A stretch of DNA of 64,000 bases from a virus (Duplodnaviria > Heunggongvirae > Uroviricota > Caudoviricetes): positions 160,001 to 224,000 of IMG/VR virus record IMGVR_UViG_3300042009_000026, one strand, 5' to 3'. The number at the start of each line of letters is the position of its first letter. Position 1 is the first letter of the stretch. Below, one piece after another: positions 56,180 through 64,000 of the stretch. A program made the position numbers and the translations under genes. Under the pieces are notes generated by a model. That model was given only the letters and a program-made list of their open reading frames with translations, searched no databases and was not told the origin of the DNA.

Positions 56180-56749
56180 ATGTATAATGAAACAGTGCTT
56201 TCAGATATGACGAGCGGTGAACGTGTTCGTGCATTGCTGATGTTTAACAAAGTCAACGGGGAATTCATTGCAGCACTTAGCTGGAATGATCCTACTACAC
56301 TAGGGGGTCAAGATTATATTCAGTATGTCGAAGCACAATACGACATGACGAATGATGTAGTTAAGGGTAAATACCCAGACTACAAAATCATGAATAAGAA
56401 CGAAGGTCCACAGCCGTACTACGAAGCTCAAGCAGATGCAGTAATGTCGGCTAAGATCACTAAGCTTTATCCAGTGGTTGAACAGGTCAACGTTCTTGCT
56501 CGTGCACTAGGTATCCTGGCTGAGAAGTTAGGCGTTACTGAAGAACTCAGTGAACTTACCGAGATGGTGGAATACATCAAACTCTGTAAAGAAGTGAATG
56601 CATCTACTAAGGAATTCTATAGTGAGTCTCCCGATTTCATTTACATCAGCAATGAAGAACTTGCAATCCAAGAAAATGCTCGATACGAAGGTGGTCTTCA
56701 CGAAGCCTTTGGGGCAAGAACGATCACAGGTGGACGTGTTTTCGGCTGA
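56180..56749 (+). CDS. Hypothetical protein, possible fibre assembly chaperone
   Basis: 189 aa directly after the fibre genes. Confidence 0.55.
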   Translation: MYNETVLSDMTSGERVRALLMFNKVNGEFIAALSWNDPTTLGGQDYIQYVEAQYDMTNDVVKGKYPDYKIMNKNEGPQPYYEAQADAVMSAKITKLYPVVEQVNVLARALGILAEKLGVTEELSELTEMVEYIKLCKEVNASTKEFYSESPDFIYISNEELAIQENARYEGGLHEAFGARTITGGRVFG

Positions 56750-57182
56750 TACGGCTGAAGCCATTGTGGGGGCTCTAGAAGCCCTTCCATCTGGTTACTG
56801 GTACCAACGCTCAAAGATCAACTCCATCCCCACTAAAGGGGTGACTGAGTGCGACTACGGGTTCTTAGGGCACAACCAGATGCCTAGAGAACTCCGTGAA
56901 GCATTATGGGACCTAGCTCCATCTATTCCCAAGTCAATGTTAGAAGAAGTTTGTGTTAACCGTTATGAAATTGGTGCTGGGATGCCTGAGCATATTGACT
57001 TAGCCCAATATCAATACAACATGGTTATTGCACTATCTAACAATGGCGATGGATGTACTGTGATGGATGAGTTCTTCATCGACGTACCGGGTAAAGGAAT
57101 GGTGTTCCCTCGCAAGTCCGAACCACATGCCGTACCTCCGGTTAAACATAAACGTTATGTAATAATTTTCCTGTATGCATAA
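56676..57182 (+). CDS. 2OG-Fe(II) dioxygenase
   Basis: VNRYEIGAGMPEHID (HxD), EPHAV (distal His), KRYVIIF (2OG-binding Arg). Start uncertain (56676 or 56730/56736). Confidence 0.8.
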   Translation: MLDTKVVFTKPLGQERSQVDVFSADTAEAIVGALEALPSGYWYQRSKINSIPTKGVTECDYGFLGHNQMPRELREALWDLAPSIPKSMLEEVCVNRYEIGAGMPEHIDLAQYQYNMVIALSNNGDGCTVMDEFFIDVPGKGMVFPRKSEPHAVPPVKHKRYVIIFLYA

Positions 57183-57185
57183 GGA

Positions 57186-57683
57186 GTGGACATGTACACA
57201 CGTCTGCACACGCTTTCAGAAACAGCAGTAACCGAACTACGTGAGCTTAAAGACGAAGTGTCTTTCTCCGATTCGTACGGTTCTCGTCGGAGACAAGGCA
57301 AGAACGATGCCAACGCTCTAAGTATCTACAACTACTCTAAGTGGTTTAACTGGACTCACAAACAACGTGAAGTTATCCGTAAATCATTACCCGAGCAACA
57401 AACCAAGAAAGCTAAACAAGTTTGGTTCTTGGAGTTCCCTGCTCGAACTGGTTTCCTAGATGTAATGACATATTGGATCGACCACGCTAAGATGTGTGGT
57501 AAAATCTGTGCTTATTCATTGACAGATAACCAGACGATCTATATCGATGGCCATTCGGTTACTCTTGCTAAAGGAGAAGGTATTTACTTCTGCCTGTCGA
57601 GTATCCATCAGATCAAGCCTTCCAAAGAAGGTCAACTGTGGGCATGTGTTATGACACAACAGCCTGTGGAAGCCCTAATGTAG
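57186..57683 (+). CDS. Degenerate double-stranded beta-helix (2OG-oxygenase-like) protein
   Basis: RBS AAGGAG; GEGIYF...IHQIKP pattern but no HxD. Confidence 0.5.
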   Translation: MDMYTRLHTLSETAVTELRELKDEVSFSDSYGSRRRQGKNDANALSIYNYSKWFNWTHKQREVIRKSLPEQQTKKAKQVWFLEFPARTGFLDVMTYWIDHAKMCGKICAYSLTDNQTIYIDGHSVTLAKGEGIYFCLSSIHQIKPSKEGQLWACVMTQQPVEALM

Positions 57684-57735
57684 AAATACTTTTTCTACTT
57701 AATAATACAATGCCTCAACAAACAAGGACATCGAA

Positions 57736-58632
57736 ATGTCGATCTTGGACCAACAAGTTGTTAACGTAACACGTACCGCTATTGGTGCACTGTTACAAAC
57801 TGTTAAATATTTGGGGATGCCTACAAAGCTTGCCCTGATGCTAAACACTACACTGAACCAGAAGTTCAACGTACAGAATGGTGTGTTGCCTTCTGACGCA
57901 CAGTCTCTTAACTTCCGTTATCTCGTTATCGGGAACATGGGTCACTACACCGTCAAAGCTGATGATGGTTCGGATGAAACTGATGTTCGTCCACACCGTA
58001 CTAACCATAACGGATTGTATAATCATATTCCATTTGTACTCCGTGAAGTAACTGATGACCTGACTTCATTGGAACGTGAGAAGTATTGCCTCCGTACCCA
58101 AGAAACACATAAAGGCAAACCTTACTTTGCTTACTATGGTCGCCGTATCAATATCTCTTCAGTCGTTCCTCAGCTATTAGAAGTAGAGATCATCAACGGT
58201 GTTGAAGTTACACGTCCATACGTACCTACACTGGAAGACTTGAATCCTACGCCACCGGTTATCCCGAATACTGGTATTGTTGTTGGTTCGAACAAATTCA
58301 TTTCGGCTTCTGCTATTGTGGAAGTTAAGTTCACTAAAGAAGACATCGCTGAGATCGTTAATGCTCACCGTGTCCGTACTGGTTCGACTCGTTCCCCAGT
58401 TATCTCTGAAATCGGTTTGGTAACAGGTGTAGACAAACTCGTACCTGGCCCTGCTGGTAGTGGCGGTAGCTTTGACTACAACGAAGTTATCGGCGCACAG
58501 ATTTCTGTACACGTTGCAACTAACCACCCTATCGCATACAACTCTAATGGTCTGACCATGGTTTACGATATCGGTGCTTCTGAACCAATGCTGGGTGATC
58601 AAGCCCTCAACGTTGCTGAGTTCGCGAGCTAA
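57736..58632 (+). CDS. Virion structural protein (phiKZ gp139-like)
   Basis: RBS AAGGA; [17 protein letters not shown]; synteny. Confidence 0.65.
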   Translation: MSILDQQVVNVTRTAIGALLQTVKYLGMPTKLALMLNTTLNQKFNVQNGVLPSDAQSLNFRYLVIGNMGHYTVKADDGSDETDVRPHRTNHNGLYNHIPFVLREVTDDLTSLEREKYCLRTQETHKGKPYFAYYGRRINISSVVPQLLEVEIINGVEVTRPYVPTLEDLNPTPPVIPNTGIVVGSNKFISASAIVEVKFTKEDIAEIVNAHRVRTGSTRSPVISEIGLVTGVDKLVPGPAGSGGSFDYNEVIGAQISVHVATNHPIAYNSNGLTMVYDIGASEPMLGDQALNVAEFAS

Positions 58633-58634
58633 CT

Positions 58635-59282
58635 ATGCTTAAGATGCCGGAGAACTCAGAACCGTTTAAGATTCTGTCTTTAGACCCTGGCTCTTCGCAT
58701 CTAGGGGTAGCAATACTACTCGACATGTTGGATGGTTCAGACGTAACAATTGATGATTCCTTCACAGTTCATCTTAAAGACACCTGCCCAGAATATTCTG
58801 AATTGGGTGACTTGCATGGTAACCGCGTGATTCGTCTGATGCAACTCGGAGATGCTGTTTTAAATCTCGTGAGAACGCACAGGCCACATGCGGTGATTGT
58901 GGAGGCTAACTACTTAGGTCGTTTCGCTACTGCCTTCGCAGCGCTCGTAGAGTGCGTTGCAATGGTGCGTAGTGCTGTGTACATGTACGACCCATTCATG
59001 CCTCTTTATCAGGTTGACCCTTCCACTGCGAAGATCAATGCTGGTATGGAACGTATTAAAGGAACAGACAAGGAAGATGTACGTCGTGCAATGAGAAAGC
59101 GTAAAGGCGTCGCTTGGAACGTAAATCTAGAAGAACTAGACGAACACAGCGTCGATGCATGCGCCATTGGCGTGTACTGCGCAGAACACATTACACCTAG
59201 GGTAATGCCCGCCGAGCCAGTGAAGAAATTCACCAAGGCTAAGAAGGAACGCAAGAAGCGGAGACGAGGTAAAAGACGATGA
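58635..59282 (+). CDS. RuvC-like Holliday junction resolvase
   Basis: ILSLDPGSSHLG, VIVE, DKEDV, EHSVDACAIG acidic tetrad. Confidence 0.85.
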   Translation: MLKMPENSEPFKILSLDPGSSHLGVAILLDMLDGSDVTIDDSFTVHLKDTCPEYSELGDLHGNRVIRLMQLGDAVLNLVRTHRPHAVIVEANYLGRFATAFAALVECVAMVRSAVYMYDPFMPLYQVDPSTAKINAGMERIKGTDKEDVRRAMRKRKGVAWNVNLEELDEHSVDACAIGVYCAEHITPRVMPAEPVKKFTKAKKERKKRRRGKRR

Positions 59283-59785
59283 ATTTTTTCAAAGGTCTAC
59301 AGTGGTTCGAATGGCTCCTGATTGGTATCGTAGTTACGATGCTCGGAGCTTCATGGTTAATCTGGAACAAATACGATGAGCGCACACTAGAAGTCGGCGG
59401 TATGAAAGTCGAAAATAGTGTACTCACGGAGACGGTGAAATATAAAGATCAGTCCGCTACCATCTCGGATCAGGTTGTCGCTGAATTTGTTCAGGATAAA
59501 GAAGATGCGAAGGCAGAGTTGGAACAGTCACGTGAAGGAGTGATTGATGACTACATTAACATGGCAACAGCCACAACCGTTGCACCCGCGACAGTTGTGG
59601 ACGTCCCTAAAACAAAGGTTACAACGAGGCCAAAGGCAACTCAAACTCGGCCCGCCACCAAAGCATCTGATGATACTGGTGATCTTGCTCGTATTAGTCT
59701 CATGGCTAACAGGATGCGCGAGCACTACTGCACAGCTGCCCCAGAACGTGGTGTCGGCTGTAATGCCGGCGGTACTAACCAATGA
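59279..59785 (+). CDS. Inner-membrane spanin (i-spanin, Rz-like)
   Basis: N-terminal TM, coiled coil, C-terminal cysteines; overlaps a lipoprotein gene. Confidence 0.7.
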   Translation: MNFFKGLQWFEWLLIGIVVTMLGASWLIWNKYDERTLEVGGMKVENSVLTETVKYKDQSATISDQVVAEFVQDKEDAKAELEQSREGVIDDYINMATATTVAPATVVDVPKTKVTTRPKATQTRPATKASDDTGDLARISLMANRMREHYCTAAPERGVGCNAGGTNQ

Positions 59786-60020
59786 GTGTTACGTTTCTCC
59801 GCCTCCTACTGATGAAGACATCCTTAACGCTCCACAGCGTTATCGTGTAGCCGGTAAGATGTCGGATTGGGAAGCTCGTTTCCTGTTGATGTCTGATCAC
59901 TGGCTCCTACAAACTGACGCACTTGGCGTGTGTAATAAACAAGTGCGCAAATCACGTGAGTGGGTAAACAAACATCGTGGTTTGGAGAAGCCTAATGAAA
60001 ATCTCGGAAATCCTGAATGA
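59670..60020 (+). CDS. Outer-membrane lipoprotein spanin (o-spanin, Rz1-like)
   Basis: MILVILLVLVSWLTG-C lipobox, Pro-rich; starts inside the i-spanin gene in another frame. Confidence 0.7.
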   Translation: MILVILLVLVSWLTGCASTTAQLPQNVVSAVMPAVLTNECYVSPPPTDEDILNAPQRYRVAGKMSDWEARFLLMSDHWLLQTDALGVCNKQVRKSREWVNKHRGLEKPNENLGNPE

Positions 60021-60396
60021 GATCGACCAGAGTCCGATTTCCTCTCACTCAACTGCAGCATTAATGATTGGTTATCTGAACAGTGAATTAGCACTGGTCG
60101 GAGAGACCGCATTGACTTCGAGCTCTACGGGCGCAGAAGCCATCGCTGCAATTTACAAAACCCCACGTGAAAAGCAAGATGTTATTTTCCAAAAGGACTT
60201 TACGTCTATTCGGAAGAAAGACAGTTACAAGTTCATGGTTCTATCCATGGCTGTTCTTGCTGTAGTGGCGGGGGCTGGTTTCGCTGGAAGCGTAGCTAAG
60301 TTGGAAGGAGAGGCAGCGGCAGGTGTGACGGACGTATTCAAAGTTCTGATCACCGGGTTGTTTGAAATTGCTAAAATGCTTATTTCAGGTCAATAA
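59995..60396 (+). CDS. Membrane protein, holin candidate
   Basis: RBS GGAG, ATG 59995; C-terminal TM plus amphipathic helix; in lysis cluster. Confidence 0.5.
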   Translation: MKISEILNEIDQSPISSHSTAALMIGYLNSELALVGETALTSSSTGAEAIAAIYKTPREKQDVIFQKDFTSIRKKDSYKFMVLSMAVLAVVAGAGFAGSVAKLEGEAAAGVTDVFKVLITGLFEIAKMLISGQ

Positions 60397-60405
60397 AAAT
60401 ATACT

Positions 60406-60437
60406 GTCCGTCCCTTAAGGGGACGGACTTTATTATG
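60406..60437 (+). terminator. Hairpin terminator
   Basis: GTCCGTCCC-TTAAG-GGGACGGAC-TTTATTATG. Confidence 0.75.
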
Positions 60438-60483
60438 CTATGTGGATTAATCAACTTTGTAACCACAGGACTGAGGTTTAAAC

Positions 60484-61023
60484 ATGATCACTACAGATCG
60501 TTTCCCGTATGACATGCCTTCCCGCGACGCGCTCGTGGAACAGGTGAATCGTGACTTGCAACGGAACTACAAACCGAACCAAGTTAGTTTTGAAGATATG
60601 TTCTTTGCTCCTCTGCCTGCTATCCCTGGCCGTACGTTTATTGAGATGACTAGTCGCCTTACTGGCCTAAAGGAATTCTTTGTATATCGCCGGTTAGATT
60701 TGGCTAATCCTAAGGCACTGGGCACAAGTACTCGCATTAAAGTGTTGGGACAACCGTCTCCAGCCAGTATCGCAAACGAAATTAATCGCAGCCGTCTGAT
60801 GTCATTCGGCCCTGATGATATTTCATTCTCCACGGTAGTTATCCAACCTCCTGAGAACACATTCGTCTATCGCTTGAAAGCGATGACAGGCAGTTACGCT
60901 TACTTCGGCGAAACAGACATTATCGTTGAAATTATGGAAGCTAACCCGTACGCTCGTTATCTTGAAGACGGCGATGCCCGGTTGATGGAAACCGGCGAAA
61001 TTCGTGAACTCGAACACGCCTGA
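60484..61023 (+). CDS. Virion-type protein (YRRLDL domain) with C-terminal R-x-L-E-D-G repeats
   Basis: RBS GAGG; FVYRRLDL; ends NPYARYLEDGDARLMETGEIRELEHA. Confidence 0.7.
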   Translation: MITTDRFPYDMPSRDALVEQVNRDLQRNYKPNQVSFEDMFFAPLPAIPGRTFIEMTSRLTGLKEFFVYRRLDLANPKALGTSTRIKVLGQPSPASIANEINRSRLMSFGPDDISFSTVVIQPPENTFVYRLKAMTGSYAYFGETDIIVEIMEANPYARYLEDGDARLMETGEIRELEHA

Positions 61024-61033
61024 GGTATATGAC

Positions 61034-61618
61034 ATGGCTATTCAAAACGCTATACTCGATTCTATTCCTTTACCTAAAGCGAATAAGTCTCGTGCAGCAG
61101 CTATTCCAACCCTAGAAGCTATCGGCAAGATTACTGGCATGTCCCCGACATTGTTGGCTACCTTCGCATCGATTGAATCGGGATTTGATTACACTGTCAA
61201 AGCATCGACATCAAGTGCAACTGGTTGGTTCCAACATCTAAATAAAACTTGGGATGATATCCTGGCGTTAACTAATGCCAAGTACAGTCTTAAGGATGAT
61301 GCTCAGCGTAGTCTCCGTTTAGATCCTCGAGCCAATGGCTTGATGGGCGCTGAACTGTTGAAGGACAATGCTCGCATTCTTCGGAGTGGCCTGGGACGTG
61401 AACCTAATGATACTGAACTATACGCCGCACATTTCTTCGGTGTTGGTGCAGCTAAGAAGTTCTTACTAGCGGATCGTAAAGCACTGGGTAAGGACTTATT
61501 CCCTAAACAAGCTGAAGCAAACGTTGGTATCTTCTACGCTCGTGATAAGAAGACAGCCCTGTCAATCGCACAGATTATCGATTTACTCGATTCTAAGGTT
61601 GCGAAACACCGTGGCTAA
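61034..61618 (+). CDS. Endolysin, lytic transglycosylase (phiKZ gp144 catalytic domain only)
   Basis: ANKSRAAA, FASIES (catalytic Glu), SSATGWFQ, LMGAEL, AHFFG all match KZ144; RBS GAGG before ATG 61034. Confidence 0.92.
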   Translation: MAIQNAILDSIPLPKANKSRAAAIPTLEAIGKITGMSPTLLATFASIESGFDYTVKASTSSATGWFQHLNKTWDDILALTNAKYSLKDDAQRSLRLDPRANGLMGAELLKDNARILRSGLGREPNDTELYAAHFFGVGAAKKFLLADRKALGKDLFPKQAEANVGIFYARDKKTALSIAQIIDLLDSKVAKHRG

Positions 61619-61646
61619 TAACGCCAGATAAAGAAAGGACAAAGCC

Positions 61647-62981
61647 ATGAGCGGAGCACCAGCTGCACCAAACAAAAACATGCTTTCTGGTATGGAGCCA
61701 CTTCTCACCCTTAATGGTGATGAATTTGTAGAAGTAGTTAAAAGAGCTATCGATGGTAAATATAAAAACTACCGGGTACTAGCTAGTAAACTAAGAGATG
61801 CATCCACAGCGTATGATTTCGCTGTGGAGAATGGTTTTCAGGGTACATTAGGACAATGGCTCGATTGTACTCGTGCGCTCTATACTCCTGACCCAGCTTC
61901 GAATGGTAAAGTATTCGTGGCGGATACCCAAGGTATTGGACAATGGGTCGAAGTTAATATCGGCATTGTCGAAGGGTTGCAAGAAGAACTAGATCGCGTC
62001 TTATCTCAAATCGACACATCTACGGGGGTAGCTGCAGACGCGGCTACCGCTGCAAGGTTGGCAGCAGAACAAACAGCCGCAGACGTTGTTGAATCAACAG
62101 CAGTTAAAAATACGACTGCGGACTTCGCTACTGCAGCACAAACTTCTGCTCAACAAGCAGCTAGCTCTAAAACAGCAGCCCAGGGTTCTTCATCGACTGC
62201 ACAAACAGCAGCAACTCAGGCAATTGATGCCAAAGATGCAGCTGAAACATTTGCGGCTAATGCCGAGGGTTCATTTGCAGCAGTAGTTGCGGCTAAGGAC
62301 ACTGCGGTAGGTGCAGCGACTACAGCTGTTTCTGCGAAAGATGAAGCTGTATCGATGCGTCCAGTAATTGATGAAATGACAGAAGCAGCAGAAGTAGCTT
62401 TGGCTAGTACCAATGCAGCACTTACGGAAACACGTAATGCACGTGATGCAGTAGTGGGTGCTGAAGCAGAGTTGGATTTGATGAAGTTGTCATTGGCAGC
62501 AATTACTGCTGACCCGACTAACGCTGTGGTATCATGGGAACTCGGTGCCAAAGACTTTAACTTGGTTCAAGGCGGGGCAACGTTTAAAGCTGTTGCAGCT
62601 CGACTTGCTGGTTGGAGTATGCCTGACGAAGTAGCATCTTACCTGACTACTGTTGTTTCATTGCCTAGTCATTGGGCAACCATGGACATCTATGTCAAAT
62701 GGGTAAACGAAGTGGCTAACGTAGGTAACTGTGTACTCGGTGGTGAGATCCACAAATGGAAAGTTGGAGAGACCATGAACGCTACTCCTGCGGGTGGTTC
62801 TGGTGTAATGGCGGCTAACCCGTCTCCGTATATCGTCATTGAATCTAAGGTTGCTTCTGCACTAGTGCTCGATCCGACCCGCATGACGACTATCCGTATT
62901 GCTCGTCAAGGTGCATCAGTTAACGACACATTGCTGAATGCGATGACAATCTTTTCTATCAGATTGGTTAAGACATCATGA
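61647..62981 (+). CDS. Fibre-like virion protein: N-terminal anchor, Ala-rich stalk, C-terminal beta domain
   Basis: LSGMEPLLTLNGDEFVEVV, TAYDFAVENGFQGTLGQWL, ~150 aa A/T/S-rich stalk. Confidence 0.7.
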   Translation: MSGAPAAPNKNMLSGMEPLLTLNGDEFVEVVKRAIDGKYKNYRVLASKLRDASTAYDFAVENGFQGTLGQWLDCTRALYTPDPASNGKVFVADTQGIGQWVEVNIGIVEGLQEELDRVLSQIDTSTGVAADAATAARLAAEQTAADVVESTAVKNTTADFATAAQTSAQQAASSKTAAQGSSSTAQTAATQAIDAKDAAETFAANAEGSFAAVVAAKDTAVGAATTAVSAKDEAVSMRPVIDEMTEAAEVALASTNAALTETRNARDAVVGAEAELDLMKLSLAAITADPTNAVVSWELGAKDFNLVQGGATFKAVAARLAGWSMPDEVASYLTTVVSLPSHWATMDIYVKWVNEVANVGNCVLGGEIHKWKVGETMNATPAGGSGVMAANPSPYIVIESKVASALVLDPTRMTTIRIARQGASVNDTLLNAMTIFSIRLVKTS

Positions 62982-63160
62982 ACATTACTTATGCATCAGA
63001 AGGTCCTGGGTCACTGTTTACTATCCATGGAGAAATCGATGGCTTTGAACATAGCGCTACTGTGGATGCTTCGCTGACCGAAACCATGACTCGCGAGGAA
63101 GCTACTGCACTCGGAGAGTCTTTAATCCAAGAGGCGTACCAACGCTATCTTGAGGAGTAA
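62978..63160 (+). CDS. Small acidic protein
   Basis: ATGA coupling; 60 aa. Confidence 0.6.
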   Translation: MNITYASEGPGSLFTIHGEIDGFEHSATVDASLTETMTREEATALGESLIQEAYQRYLEE

Positions 63161-63165
63161 CTGCG

Positions 63166-64000
63166 ATGATGATTCCCTTATGGCAGTCAGGTATTCCAGG
63201 TTCACCTGCAGTGCGGGTGATGCCACCGAATCCACTTTACGTGGATACAGTGATCGGCACCGACAAAGGTAAGGGTACATTAACTGAACCTTTACGGTCA
63301 TTGGATGACGCTCGTTTGATGTGTGCTGGGTTGCCTAATTGGGTAATTAAAATCCATGCTCCATTAGAAACACCACTCCGTCAAGAAGTGGTATATGAAT
63401 CCACTGCCGATCTAACAATTGAAGGCATTGCTGCTAATGACCAGTGGTATGTATACGGTTCAGAAGTTGTTTCTGACTGGACGCCACTGGGCGATGGGTT
63501 ATATAGCAAAGCCATGGTTGACTGGACATTAATCCTATTCGCGGTAGTCACCACGATGCAGGAACTAGTTGGCGATCGGATGTTTCAACGTAAGTTGTTG
63601 GCTAGTGATACACCAGCTACACCCAATGAAGGTGAGTTTGGTTACACCGGCGGTACGATGTATATCAAGCTAGTAGGTGGAGTTGATCCAAACCTACATG
63701 TGATCGAAGTAGCCAAACGTAACACTGGGCTAGGTACACGGGGTCATGGGTTACTCAAGATCCGAAATATGTACGGGCGTTATTTCCTCAGTGCAGGCAT
63801 TAAGAATGGCCTGGCCTTTAACCCACTGGGTACTGGGAATCTAATTGCTGAAGATTGCGTCATTGAATACACCGCAGGTAGCGGTTTCGCTGCCGTTGGA
63901 CAAACCGAACTAACGACATGTATCCGTTCCAAGGCATATCGATGTGCAAACGACGGGTTTAACCTACATGGTCTGTCTGGTGCTTCATTGATGTTGTTGT
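63166..64000 (+). CDS. Right-handed beta-helix (pectin-lyase-like) protein, 3'-truncated
   Basis: Not in ORF track because it has no stop in the window. RBS GAGGAG; LYVDTVIGTDKGKGTLTEPLRSL leader; later IAEDCVIEY..GSGF and CANDGFNLH beta-helix repeats. Confidence 0.7.
   Translation, partial: MMIPLWQSGIPGSPAVRVMPPNPLYVDTVIGTDKGKGTLTEPLRSLDDARLMCAGLPNWVIKIHAPLETPLRQEVVYESTADLTIEGIAANDQWYVYGSEVVSDWTPLGDGLYSKAMVDWTLILFAVVTTMQELVGDRMFQRKLLASDTPATPNEGEFGYTGGTMYIKLVGGVDPNLHVIEVAKRNTGLGTRGHGLLKIRNMYGRYFLSAGIKNGLAFNPLGTGNLIAEDCVIEYTAGSGFAAVGQTELTTCIRSKAYRCANDGFNLHGLSGASLMLL

Noticed and set aside
1-64000. tRNA, CRISPR array, intron/intein, transposase, genome-wide stop-codon reassignment
   Set aside because: No cloverleaf, repeat-spacer array or homing-endonuclease motifs seen by eye. 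Many genes end normally at TGA or TAG with coupled downstream starts, so the MCP case is local readthrough, not global recoding.

Overview
64 kb of a phiKZ-like (Chimalliviridae-type) jumbo phage genome, most likely a Pseudomonas phage. The assignment rests on a near residue-for-residue phiKZ gp144-type endolysin, a phiKZ-type major capsid protein (MCP), DnaB helicase, portal, non-virion RNAP beta subunit, inner-head paralogs with S/A/G-X-E maturation sites, and TATATTAC early promoters. Layout: head/inner-body and structural genes (1-11.5 kb); a ~17 kb island of ~47 small early genes (12-29 kb) with many tiny membrane proteins, a DarG-like macrodomain, a CX5R phosphatase, a bL12-CTD-like protein and several paralog families; helicase/MCP/nvRNAP core (29-42 kb); baseplate, portal and tail-fibre genes, 2OG-Fe(II) oxygenases and RuvC (42-59 kb); then lysis genes, a fibre and a beta-helix protein (59-64 kb). 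The most striking unannotated signal: the MCP stop (TGA-A) is followed in frame by a 27-codon extension (RNPDNVRLLEDGTIRYLEDGTVLRYQE) ending just before the terminator. The same R-x-L-E-D-G repeat forms the C-terminus of a separate virion-type protein at 60484-61023, near a fibre gene. This suggests programmed stop-codon readthrough creating a shared docking tag for accessory fibres on the capsid and elsewhere on the virion. phiKZ gp numbers are from recalled synteny, not database searches. No tRNA, rRNA, CRISPR array or IS element was seen.
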